Below the pieces are notes generated by a model that did no database searches, was not told where the DNA came from, and was given only the letters and a program-made list of their open reading frames with translations. A DNA stretch of 64,000 nt from the human T2T-CHM13v2.0 reference genome, Homo sapiens. Each line of letters starts with the position of its first letter. The stretch's first letter is position 1. The DNA lies in the NCBI RefSeq assembly GCF_009914755.1, contig NC_060928.1; one strand, given 5' to 3'. Below, piece after piece: positions 39,701 through 52,800 of the stretch. Position numbers and translations under genes: made by a program.

Positions 39701-42700
39701 CAGAGCAGTTTTAAAACACTCTTTTTGTGGAATCAGAAAGTGGATATTCGGATGGCTCTGAGGATTTCGTTGGAAGCGGGATTACATATAAAATCTAGAG
39801 AGAAGCATTCTCAGGAACTACTTTGTAATGTTTGCATTGAAGTCACAGAATTGAACATTCACTTTTATAGAGCAGGTTTGAAACACTCATTCTGTAGTAT
39901 CTGGAAGTGGACATTTCAAGCGCTTTTAGGCCTATGGTGAGAAAGGAAATACCTTCAAATAAAAACTAGACAGAAGCATCCTCAGAAACTTATTTGTGAT
40001 GTGTGTCCTCAACTAACGGAGTTGAACCTTTGTTTTGATATAGCATTTTGGAAACACTCCTTTTGTAGAATCTGCAGGTGGATATTTGGATAGCTTTGAA
40101 GATTTCGTTGGAAACCGGAATATCTTCATATAAAATCAAGACAGAAGCATTCTCGGAAACATCTCTGTGATGTTTGCATTCAACTCAGTAGAGTTGAACA
40201 CTTCCTTTCATAGAGCAGGTTTGAAACACTCTTTCTGCACTACCTGGAAGCGGACATTTCGGGCGCTTTGAGGCCTCTGGTGAAAAAGGAAATATCTTCT
40301 CATAAAAACCAGAAAGAAGCATTCTCAGAAACTTCTTTGTGTTGTGTGTACACAAGTAACAGTGTTGAACCTTCCTTTTGACAGAGCAGTTTTGAAACAC
40401 TCTTTTGGTAGAATCTGCAAGTGGATATTTGGAGAGCTTTGAGGATTTCGTTGGAAACGGGTTATCTTCATATAAAATCCAGACAGGAGCATTCTCAGAA
40501 ACTTCTTTGTGCTGTATGTCCTCAATTCACAGAGCTGAACCTTTGTTTGGATACAGCATTTTGGAGACATTCCTTTAGTAGAATCTGCAAGTTGATATTT
40601 AGATAGCTTTGAAGATTTCGTTGGAAACGGGAATATCTTCATAGAAAATCTAGACGGAAGCATTCTCATAAACTGCTTTGTGATGTTTGCATTCAAGTCA
40701 CAGAGTTGAATATTCCCTTTTATAGAGTAGGTTTGAAACACTCTTTCGGCACTGCCTGGAAGTGGATATTTCGAGCTGTTTGAGGCCTATGGTTAAAAGG
40801 AAATATCTTCCCATAAAAACTAGACAGAAGCCGTCTCAGAAACTTGTTTGTGATGTGTGTATTCAACTAACAGAGCTGAACATTTCTGTTACAGAGCAGT
40901 TTTAAAACACTCTTTTTGTGGAATCTGAAAGTGGATAATTGGATAGCTTTGTGGATTTCGTTGGAAACGGGATGACGTATAAAATCAAGAGAGAAGCATT
41001 CTCAGGAACTTCTTTCTGATGTTTGCATTCAAGTCACAGAATTGAACATTCCTTTTCATAGTGCAGGTTTGAAACACTCTTTCTGTAGTATGTGGAAGTG
41101 GACATTTCAAGCGCTTTCAGGCCTATGGGGAGAAAGGAAATATCTTCAAATTAAAAACTAGACAGAAGGATTCTCAGAAACTTATTTGTGATGTGTGTCC
41201 TAAACGAACACAGTTGAACCTTTGTTTTGATACAGCATTTTGGAAACACTCCTTTTGTAGAATCTGCAGGTGGATATTTGGATAGATTTTAAGATTTCGT
41301 TGGAAACGGGAATTTCTTCATATAAACTCAAGACAGATGCATTCTCAGAAACTTCTCTGTGATGTTTGCATTCCACTCATAGAGTTCAAAACTGCCTTTC
41401 ATAGAGCACGTTTGAAACACTCATTTGTAATATTTGGAAGTGGACTTTTGAAGCGCTTTGAGGCCTATGGTGAAAAAGGAAATATCTTCTCATAAAAACC
41501 AGAAACAAGCATTCTCAGAAACTTCTTTTTGATGTGTGTACTCAAGTAACAGAGTTGAACCTTCCTTTTGACACAGCAGTTTTGAAACAATCTTTTTGTA
41601 GAATCTGCAAGTGGATATTTGGATAGCTTTGAGGATTTCGTTGCAAACGGGATATCTTCATATAAAACCTAGACAGAAGCATTCTCAGAAACTTCTTTGT
41701 GCTGTATGTCCTCAATTAACAGAGTTGAACCATTGCTTGGATACAGCATTTTGGAAACATTCTTTTAGTAGAATCTGAAAGTTGATATTTAGATAGATTT
41801 GAAGATTTCGTTGGAAACGGGAATATCTTCATAGAAAATCTAGACGGAAGCATTCTCAGAAACTGCTTTGTGATGTTTCCATTCAAGTCACAGAGTTGAA
41901 TATTCCCTTTTATAGAGCTCGTTTGAAACACTCTTTCTGCACTATCTGGAAGTGGACATTTCGAGCGCTTTGAGGCCTATGGTGAAAAAGGAAATATCTT
42001 CCCGTAAAAACTAGACAGAAGCATTCTCAGAAACTTGTTTGTGATGTGTGTATTCAACTAACAGAGTTGAACTTTTGTTTTTACAGAGCAGTTTTAAAAC
42101 ACTCTTTTTGTGGAATCAGAAAGTGGATATTCGGATGGCTCTGAGGATTTCGTTGGAAGCGGGATTACATATAAAATCTAGAGAGAAGCATTCTCAGGAA
42201 CTTCTTTGTGATGTTTGCATTGAAGTCACAGAATTGAACATTCACTTTTATAGAGCAGGTTTGAAACACTCATTCTGTAGTATCTGGAAGTGGACATTTC
42301 AAGCGTTTTCAGGCCTATGGTGAGAAAGGAAATACCTTCAAATAAAAACTAGACAGAAGCATCCTCAGAAACTTATTTGTGATGTGTGTCCTCAACTAAC
42401 AGAGTTGAACCTTTGTTTTGATACATCATTTTGGAAACACTCCTTTTGTAAAATCTGAAGGTGGATATTTGGATAGCTTTGAAGATTTTGTTGGAAACCG
42501 GAATATCTTCATATAAAATCAAGACAGAAGCATTCTCGGAAACATCTCTGTGATGTTTGCATTCAACTCAGTAGAGTTGAACACTTCCTTTCATAGAGCA
42601 GGTTTGAAACACTCTTTCTGCACTACCTGGAAGCGGACATTTCGGGCGCTTTGAGGCCTCTGGTGAAAAAGGAAATATCTTCTCATAAAAACCAGAAAGA

Positions 42701-43892
42701 AGCATTCTCAGAAACTTCTTTGTGTTGTGTGTACTCAAGTAACAGTGTTGAACCTTCCTTTGACAGAGCAGTTTTGAAACACTCTTTTGGTAGAATCTGC
42801 AAGTGGATATTTGGAGAGCTTTGAGGATTTCGTTGGAAACGGGTTATCTTCATATAAAATCCAGACAGGAGCATTCTCAGAAACTTCTTTGTGCTGTATG
42901 TCCTCAATTCACAGAGCTGAACCTTTGTTTGGATACAGCATTTTGGAGACATTCCTTTAGTAGAATCTGCAAGTTGATATTTAGATAGCTTTGAAGATTT
43001 CGTTGGAAACGGGAATATCTTCATAGAAAATCTAGACGGAAGCATTCTCATAAACTGCTTTGTGATGCTTGCATTCAAGTCACAGAGTTGAATATTCCCT
43101 TTTATAGAGTTGGTTTGAAACACTCTTTCGGCACTACCTGGAAGTGGATATTTCGAGCTCTTTGAGGCCTATGGTTAAAAGGAAATATCTTCCCATAAAA
43201 ACTAGACAGAAGCCGTCTCAGAAACTTGTTTGTGATGTGTGTATTCAACTAACAGAGCTGAACATTTCTGTTACACAGCAGTTTTAAAACACTCTTTTTG
43301 TGGAATCTGAAAGTGGATAATTGGATAGCTTTGTGGATTTCGTTGGAAACGGGATGACGTATAAAATCTAGAGAGAAGCATTCTCAGGAACTTCTTTCTG
43401 ATGTTTGCATTCAAGTCACAGAATTGAACATTCCTTTTCATAGTGCAGGTTTGAAACATTCTTTCTGTAGTATCTGGAAGCGGACATTTCAAGCGCTTTC
43501 AGGCCTATGGGGAGAAAGGAAATATCTTCAAATTAAAAACTAGACAGAAGGATTCTCAGAAACTTATTTGTGATGTGTGTCCTAAACGAACACAGTTGAA
43601 CCTTTGTTTTGATACAGCATTTTGGAAACACTCCTTTTGTAGAATCTGCAGGTGGATATTTGGATAGATTTTAAGATTTCGTTGGAAACGGGAATTTCTT
43701 CATATAAACTCAAAAGAGATGCATTCTCAGAAACTTCTCTGTGATGTTTGCATTCCACTCATAGAGTTGAAAACTTCCTTTCATAGAGCACGCTTGAAAC
43801 ACTCTTTTTGTAATATTTGGAAGTGGACATTTGCAGCGCTTTGAGGCCTATGGTGAAAAAGGAAATATCTTCTCATAAAAACCAGAAACAAG
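36747..43892 (+). repeat. Three diverged/mosaic 14-mer HOR copies (2380, 2383, 2383 bp)
   Basis: Copies start at 36747, 39127 and 41510. They carry many private substitutions and 1-bp indels, concentrated in 36747-37935, and mixtures of the markers that are sorted into types A and B downstream. Confidence 0.85.
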
Positions 43893-46800
43893 CATTCTCA
43901 GAAACTTCTTTTTGATGTGTGTACTCAAGTAACAGAGTTGAACCTTCCTTTTGACAAAGCAGTTTTGAAACAATCTTTTTGTAGAATCTGCAAGTCGATA
44001 TTTGGATAGCTTTGAGGATTTCGTTGGAAACGGGATATCTTCATATAAAATCTAGACAGAAGCATTCTCAGAAACTTCTTTGTGCTGTATGTCCTCAATT
44101 AACAGAGTTGAACCATTGCTTGGATACAGCATTTTGGAAACATTCCTTTAGTAGAATCTGCAAGTTGATATTTAGATAGATTTGAAGATTTCGTTGGAAA
44201 CGGGAATATCTTCATATAAAATCTAGACGGAAGCATTCTCAGAAACTGCTTTGTGATGTTTCCATTCAAGTCACAGAGTTGAATATTCTCTTTTATAGAG
44301 CACGTTTGAAACACTCTTTCTGCACTATCTGGAAGTGGACATTTCGAGCGCTTTGAGGCCTATGGTGAAAAAGGAAATATCTTCCCGTAAAAACTAGACA
44401 GAAGCATTCTCAGAAACTTGTTTGTGATGTGTGTATTCAACTAACAGAGTTGAACTTTTGTTTTTACAGAGCAGTTTTAAAACACTCTTTTTGTGGAATC
44501 AGAAAGTGGACATTCGGATGGCTCTGAGGATTTCGTTGGAAGCGGGATTACATATAAAATCTAGAGAGAAGCATTCTCAGGAACTACTTTGTGATGTTTG
44601 CATTGAAGTCACAGAATTGAACATTCACTTTTATAGAGCAGGTTTGAAACACTCATTCTGTAGTATCTGGAAGTGGACATTTCAAGCGCTTTCAGGCCTA
44701 TGGTGAGAAAGGAAATACCTTCAAATAAAAACTAGACAGAAGCATCCTCAGAAACTTATTTGTGATGTGTGTCCTCAACTAACGGAGTTGAACCTTTGTT
44801 TTGATACAGCATTTTGGAAACACTCCTTTTGTAGAATCTGCAGGTGGATATTTGGATAGCTTTGAAGATTTCGTTGGAAACCGGAATATCTTCATATACA
44901 ATCAAGACAGAAGCATTCTCGGAAACATCTCTGTGATGTTTGCATTCATCTCAGTAGAGTTGAACACTTCCTTTCATAGAGCAGGTTTGAAACACTCTTT
45001 CTGCACTACCTGGAAGCGGACATTTCGGGCGCTTTGAGGCCTATGGTGAAAAAGGAAATATCTTCTCATAAAAACCAGAAAGAAGCATTCTCAGAAACTT
45101 CTTTGTGTTGTGTGTACTCAAGTAACAGTGTTGAACCTTCCTTTTGACAGAGCAGTTTTGAAACACTCTTTTGGTAGAATCTGCAAGTGGATATTTGGAG
45201 CGCTTTGAGGATTTCGTTGGAAACGGGTTATCTTCATATAAAATCCAGACAGGAGCATTCTCAGAAACTTCTTTGTGCTGTATGTCCTCAATTCACAGAG
45301 CTGAACCTTTGTTTGGATACAGCATTTTGGAGACATTCCTTTAGTAGAATCTGCAAGTTGATATTTAGATAGCTTTGAAGATTTCGTTGGAAACGGGAAT
45401 ATCTTCATAGAAAATCTAGACGGAAGCATTCTCATAAACTGCTTTGTGATGTTTGCATTCAAGTCACAGAGTTGAATATTCCCTTTTATAGAGTAGGTTT
45501 GAAACACTCTTTCGGCACTACCTGGAAGTGGATATTTCGAGCTGTTTGAGGCCTATGGTTAAAAGGAAATATCTTCCCATAAAAACTAGACAGAAGCCGT
45601 CTCAGAAACTTGTTTGTGATGTGTGTACTCAACTAACAGAGCTGAACATTTCTGTTACAGAGCAGTTTTAAAACACTCTTTTTGTGGAATCTGAAAGTGG
45701 ATAATTGGATAGCTTTGTGGATTTCGTTGGAAACGGGATGACGTATAAAATCTAGAGAGAAGCATTCTCAGGAACTTCTTTCTGATGTTTGCATTCAAGT
45801 CACAGAATTGAACATTCCTTTTCATAGTGCAGGTTTGAAACACTCTTTCTGTAGTATCTGGAAGTGGACATTTCAAGCACTTTCAGGCCTATGGGGAGAA
45901 AGGAAATATCTTCAAATTAAAAACTAGACAGAAGGATTCTCAGAAACTTATTTGTGATGTGTGTCCTAAACGAACACAGTTGAACCTTTGTTTTGATACA
46001 GCATTTTGGAAACACTCCTTTTGTAGAATCTGCAGGTGGATATTTGGATAGATTTTAAGATTTCGTTGGAAACGGGAATTTCTTCATATAAACTCAAGAC
46101 AGATGCATTCTCAGAAACTTCTCTGTGATGTTTGCATTCCACTCATAGAGTTGAAAACTTCCTTTCATAGAGCACGCTTGAAACACTCTTTTTGTAATAT
46201 TTGGAAGTGGACATTTGCAGCGCTTTGAGGCCTATGGTGAAAAAGGAAATATCTTCTCATAAAAACCAGAAACAAGCATTCTCAGAAACTTCTTTTTGAT
46301 GTGTGTACTCAAGTAACAGAGTTGAACCTTCCTTTTGACACAGCAGTTTTGAAACAATCTTTTTGTAGAATCTGCAAGTGGATATTTGGATAGCTTTGAG
46401 TATTTCGTTGCAAACGGGATATCTTCACATAAAACCTAGACAGAAGCATTCTCAGAAACTTCTTTGTGCTGTATGTCCTCAATTAACAGAGTTGAACCAT
46501 TGCTTGGATACAGCATTTTGGAAACATTCCTTTAGTAGAATCTGCAAGTTGATATTTAGATAGATTTGAAGATTTCGTTGGAAACGGGAATATCTTCATA
46601 TAAAATCTAGACGGAAGCATTCTCAGAAACTGCTCTGTGATGTTTCCATTCAAGTCACAGAGTTGAATATTCTCTTTTATAGAGCACGTTTGAAACACTC
46701 TTTCTGCACTATCTGGAAGTGGACATTTCGAGCGCTTTGAGGCCTATGGTGAAAAAGGAAATATCTTCCCGTAAAAACTAGACAGAAGCATTCTCAGAAA

Positions 46801-49800
46801 CTTGTTTTTGATGTGTGTATTCAACTAACAGAGTTGAACTTTTGCTTTACAGAGCAGTTTTAAAACACTCTTTTTGTGGAATCAGAAAGTGGATATTCGG
46901 ATGGCTCTGAGGATTTCGTTGGAAGCGGGATTACATATAAAATCTAGAGAGAAGCATTCTCAGGAACTTCTTTGTGATGTTTGCATTGAAGTCACAGAAT
47001 TGAACATTCACTTTTATAGAGCAGGTTTGAAACACTCATTCTGTAGTATCTGGAAGTGGACATTTCAAGCGCTTTCAGGCCTATGGTGAGAAAGGAAATA
47101 CCTTCAAATAAAAACTAGACAGAAGCATCCTCAGAAACTTATTTGTGATGTGTGTCCTCAACTAACAGAGTTGAACCTTTGTTTTGATACAGCATTTTGG
47201 AAACACTCCTTTTGTAGAATCTGCAGGTGGATATTTGGATAGCTTTGAAGATTTCGTTGGAAACCGGAATATCTTCATATACAATCAAGACAGAAGCATT
47301 CTCGGAAACATCTCTGTGATGTTTGCATTCATCCCAGTAGAGTTGAACACTTCCTTTCATAGAGCAGGTTTGAAACACTCTTTCTGCACTACCTGGAAGC
47401 GGACATTTCGGGCGCTTTGAGGCCTATGGTGAAAAAGGAAATATCTTCTCATAAAAACCAGAAAGAAGCATTCTCAGAAATTTCTTTGTGTTGTGTGTAC
47501 TCAAGTAACAGTGTTGAACCTTCCTTTTGACAGAGCAGTTTTGAAACACTCTTTTGGTAGAATCTGCAAGTGGATATTTGGAGCGCTTTGAGGATTTCGT
47601 TGGAAACGGGTTATCTTCATATAAAATCCAGACAGGAGCATTCTCAGAAACTTCTTTGTGCTGTATGTCCTCAATTCACAGAGCTGAACCTTTGTTTGGA
47701 TACAGCATTTTGGAGACATTCCTTTAGTAGAATCTGCAAGTTGATATTTAGATAGCTTTGAAGATTTCGTTGGAAACGGGAATATCTTCATAGAAAATCT
47801 AGACGGAAGCATTCTCAGAAACTGCTTTGTGATGTTTGCATTCAAGTCACAGAGTTGAATATTCCCTTTTATAGAGTAGGTTTGAAACACTCTTTCGGCA
47901 CTACCTGGAAGTGGATATTTCGAGCTCTTTGAGGCCTATGGTTAAAAGGAAATATCTTCCCATAAAAACTAGACAGAAGCCGTCTCAGAAACTTGTTTGT
48001 GATGTGTGTATTCAACTAACAGAGTTGAACATTTCTGTTACAGAGCAATTTTAAAACACTCTTTTTGTGGAATCTGAAAGTGGATAATTGGATAGCTTTG
48101 TGGATTTCGTTGGAAACGGGATGACGTATAAAATCTAGAGAGAAGCATTCTCAGGAACTTCTTTCTGATGTTTGCATTCAAGTCACAGAATTGAACATTC
48201 CTTTTCATAGTGCAGGTTTGAAACATTCTTTCTGTAGTATCTGGAAGTGGACATTTCAATCGCTTTCAGGCCTATGGGGAGAAAGGAAATATCTTCAAAT
48301 TAAAAACTAGACAGAAGGATTCTCAGAAACTTATTTGTGATGTGTGTCCTAAACGAACACAGTTGAACCTTTGTTTTGATACAGCATTTTGGAAACACTC
48401 CTTTTGTAGAATCTGCAGGTGGATATTTGGATAGATTTTAAGATTTCGTTGGAAACGGGAATTTCTTCATATAAACTCAAAAGAGATGCATTCTCAGAAA
48501 CTTCTCTGTGATGTTTGCATTCCACTCATAGAGTTGAAAACTTCCTTTCATAGAGCACGCTTGAAACACTCTTTTTGTAATATTTGGAAGTGGACATTTG
48601 CAGCGCTTTGAGGCCTATGGTGAAAAAGGAAATATCTTCTCATAAAAACCAGAAACAAGCATTCTCAGAAACTTCTTTTTGATGTGTGTACTCAAGTAAC
48701 AGAGTTGAACCTTCCTTTTGACAAAGCAGTTTTGAAACAATCTTTTTGTAGAATCTGCAAGTCGATATTTGGATAGCTTTGAGGATTTCGTTGGAAACGG
48801 GATATCTTCATATAAAATCTAGACAGAAGCATTCTCAGAAACTTCTTTGTGCTGTATGTCCTCAATTAACAGAGTTGAACCATTGCTTGGATACAGCATT
48901 TTGGAAACATTCCTTTAGTAGAATCTGCAAGTTGATATTTAGATAGATTTGAAGATTTCGTTGGAAACGGGAATATCTTCATATAAAATCTAGACGGAAG
49001 CATTCTCAGAAACTGCTTTGTGATGTTTCCATTCAAGTCACAGAGTTGAATATTCTCTTTTATAGAGCACGTTTGAAACACTCTTTCTGCACTATCTGGA
49101 AGTGGACATTTCGAGCGCTTTGAGGCCTATGGTGAAAAAGGAAATAACTTCCCGTAAAAACTAGACAGAAGCATTCTCAGAAACTTGTTTGTGATGTGTG
49201 TATTCAACTAACAGAGTTGAACTTTTGTTTTTACAGAGCAGTTTTAAAACACTCTTTTTGTGGAATCAGAAAGTGGACATTCGGATGGCTCTGAGGATTT
49301 CGTTGGAAGCGGGATTACATATAAAATCTAGAGAGAAGCATTCTCAGGAACTACTTTGTGATGTTTGCATTGAAGTCACAGAATTGAACATTCACTTTTA
49401 TAGAGCAGGTTTGAAACACTCATTCTGTAGTATCTGGAAGTGGACATTTCAAGCGCTTTCAGGCCTATGGTGAGAAAGGAAATACCTTCGAATAAAAACT
49501 AGACAGAAGCATCCTCAGAAACTTATTTGTGATGTGTGTCCTCAACTAACGGAGTTGAACCTTTGTTTTGATACAGCATTTTGGAAACACTCCTTTTGTA
49601 GAATCTGCAGGTGGATATTTGGATAGCTTTGAAGATTTCGTTGGAAACCGGAATATCTTCATATACAATCAAGACAGAAGCATTCTCGGAAACATCTCTG
49701 TGATGTTTGCATTCATCTCAGTAGAGTTGAACACTTCCTTTCATAGAGCAGGTTTGAAACACTCTTTCTGCACTACCTGGAAGCGGACATTTCGGGCGCT

Positions 49801-52800
49801 TTGAGGCCTATGGTGAAAAAGGAAATATCTTCTCATAAAAACCAGAAAGAAGCATTCTCAGAAACTTCTTTGTGTTGTGTGTACTCAAGTAACAGTGTTG
49901 AACCTTCCTTTTGACAGAGCAGTTTTGAAACACTCTTTTGGTAGAATCTGCAAGTGGATATTTGGAGCGCTTTGAGGATTTCGTTGGAAACGGGTTATCT
50001 TCATATAAAATCCAGACAGGAGCATTCTCAGAAACTTCTTTGTGCTGTATGTCCTCAATTCACAGAGCTGAACCTTTGTTTGGATACAGCATTTTGGAGA
50101 CATTCCTTTAGTAGAATCTGCAAGTTGATATTTAGATAGCTTTGAAGATTTCGTTGGAAACGGGAATATCTTCATAGAAAATCTAGACGGAAGCATTCTC
50201 ATAAACTGCTTTGTGATGTTTGCATTCAAGTCACAGAGTTGAATATTCCCTTTTATAGAGTAGGTTTGAAACACTCTTTCGGCACTACCTGGAAGTGGAT
50301 ATTTCGAGCTGTTTGAGGCCTATGGTTAAAAGGAAATATCTTCCCATAAAAACTAGACAGAAGCCGTCTCAGAAACTTGTTTGTGATGTGTGTACTCAAC
50401 TAACAGAGCTGAACATTTCTGTTACAGAGCAGTTTTAAAACACTCTTTTTGTGGAATCTGAAAGTGGATAATTGGATAGCTTTGTGGATTTCGTTGGAAA
50501 CGGGATGACGTATAAAATCTAGAGAGAAGCATTCTCAGGAACTTCTTTCTGATGTTTGCATTCAAGTCACAGAATTGAACATTCCTTTTCATAGTGCAGG
50601 TTTGAAACACTCTTTCTGTAGTATCTGGAAGTGGACATTTCAAGCGCTTTCAGGCCTATGGGGAGAAAGGAAATATCTTCAAATTAAAAACTAGACAGAA
50701 GGATTCTCAGAAACTTATTTGTGATGTGTGTCCTAAACGAACACAGTTGAACCTTTGTTTTGATACAGCATTTTGGAAACACTCCTTTTGTAGAATCTGC
50801 AGGTGGATATTTGGATAGATTTTAAGATTTCGTTGGAAACGGGAATTTCTTCATATAAACTCAAGACAGATGCATTCTCAGAAACTTCTCTGTGATGTTT
50901 GCATTCCACTCATAGAGTTGAAAACTTCCTTTCATAGAGCACGCTTGAAACACTCTTTTTGTAATATTTGGAAGTGGACATTTGCAGCGCTTTGAGGCCT
51001 ATGGTGAAAAAGGAAATATCTTCTCATAAAAACCAGAAACAAGCATTCTCAGAAACTTCTTTTTGATGTGTGTACTCAAGTAACAGAGTTGAACCTTCCT
51101 TTTGACACAGCAGTTTTGAAACAATCTTTTTGTAGAATCTGCAAGTGGATATTTGGATAGCTTTGAGTATTTCGTTGCAAACGGGATATCTTCACATAAA
51201 ACCTAGACAGAAGCATTCTCAGAAACTTCTTTGTGCTGTATGTCCTCAATTAACAGAGTTGAACCATTGCTTGGATACAGCATTTTGGAAACATTCCTTT
51301 AGTAGAATCTGCAAGTTGATATTTAGATAGATTTGAAGATTTCGTTGGAAACGGGAATATCTTCATATAAAATCTAGACGGAAGCATTCTCAGAAACTGC
51401 TCTGTGATGTTTCCATTCAAGTCACAGAGTTGAATATTCTCTTTTATAGAGCACGTTTGAAACACTCTTTCTGCACTATCTGGAAGTGGACATTTCGAGC
51501 GCTTTGAGGCCTATGGTGAAAAAGGAAATATCTTCCCGTAAAAACTAGACAGAAGCATTCTCAGAAACTTGTTTTTGATGTGTGTATTCAACTAACAGAG
51601 TTGAACTTTTGCTTTACAGAGCAGTTTTAAAACACTCTTTTTGTGGAATCAGAAAGTGGATATTCGGATGGCTCTGAGGATTTCGTTGGAAGCGGGATTA
51701 CATATAAAATCTAGAGAGAAGCATTCTCAGGAACTTCTTTGTGATGTTTGCATTGAAGTCACAGAATTGAACATTCACTTTTATAGAGCAGGTTTGAAAC
51801 ACTCATTCTGTAGTATCTGGAAGTGGACATTTCAAGCGCTTTCAGGCCTATGGTGAGAAAGGAAATACCTTCAAATAAAAACTAGACAGAAGCATCCTCA
51901 GAAACTTATTTGTGATGTGTGTCCTCAACTAACAGAGTTGAACCTTTGTTTTGATACAGCATTTTGGAAACACTCCTTTTGTAGAATCTGCAGGTGGATA
52001 TTTGGATAGCTTTGAAGATTTCGTTGGAAACCGGAATATCTTCATATACAATCAAGACAGAAGCATTCTCGGAAACATCTCTGTGATGTTTGCATTCATC
52101 CCAGTAGAGTTGAACACTTCCTTTCATAGAGCAGGTTTGAAACACTCTTTCTGCACTACCTGGAAGCGGACATTTCGGGCGCTTTGAGGCCTATGGTGAA
52201 AAAGGAAATATCTTCTCATAAAAACCAGAAAGAAGCATTCTCAGAAATTTCTTTGTGTTGTGTGTACTCAAGTAACAGTGTTGAACCTTCCTTTTGACAG
52301 AGCAGTTTTGAAACACTCTTTTGGTAGAATCTGCAAGTGGATATTTGGAGCGCTTTGAGGATTTCGTTGGAAACGGGTTATCTTCATATAAAATCCAGAC
52401 AGGAGCATTCTCAGAAACTTCTTTGTGCTGTATGTCCTCAATTCACAGAGCTGAACCTTTGTTTGGATACAGCATTTTGGAGACATTCCTTTAGTAGAAT
52501 CTGCAAGTTGATATTTAGATAGCTTTGAAGATTTCGTTGGAAACGGGAATATCTTCATAGAAAATCTAGACGGAAGCATTCTCAGAAACTGCTTTGTGAT
52601 GTTTGCATTCAAGTCACAGAGTTGAATATTCCCTTTTATAGAGTAGGTTTGAAACACTCTTTCGGCACTACCTGGAAGTGGATATTTCGAGCTCTTTGAG
52701 GCCTATGGTTAAAAGGAAATATCTTCCCATAAAAACTAGACAGAAGCCGTCTCAGAAACTTGTTTGTGATGTGTGTATTCAACTAACAGAGTTGAACATT

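Noticed and set aside
46402-46418. TTCGTTGCAAACGGG as a lost CENP-B box in type B copies
   Set aside because: The G-to-C change is outside the nine essential bases (TTCG, A, CGGG), so the box is scored as intact.
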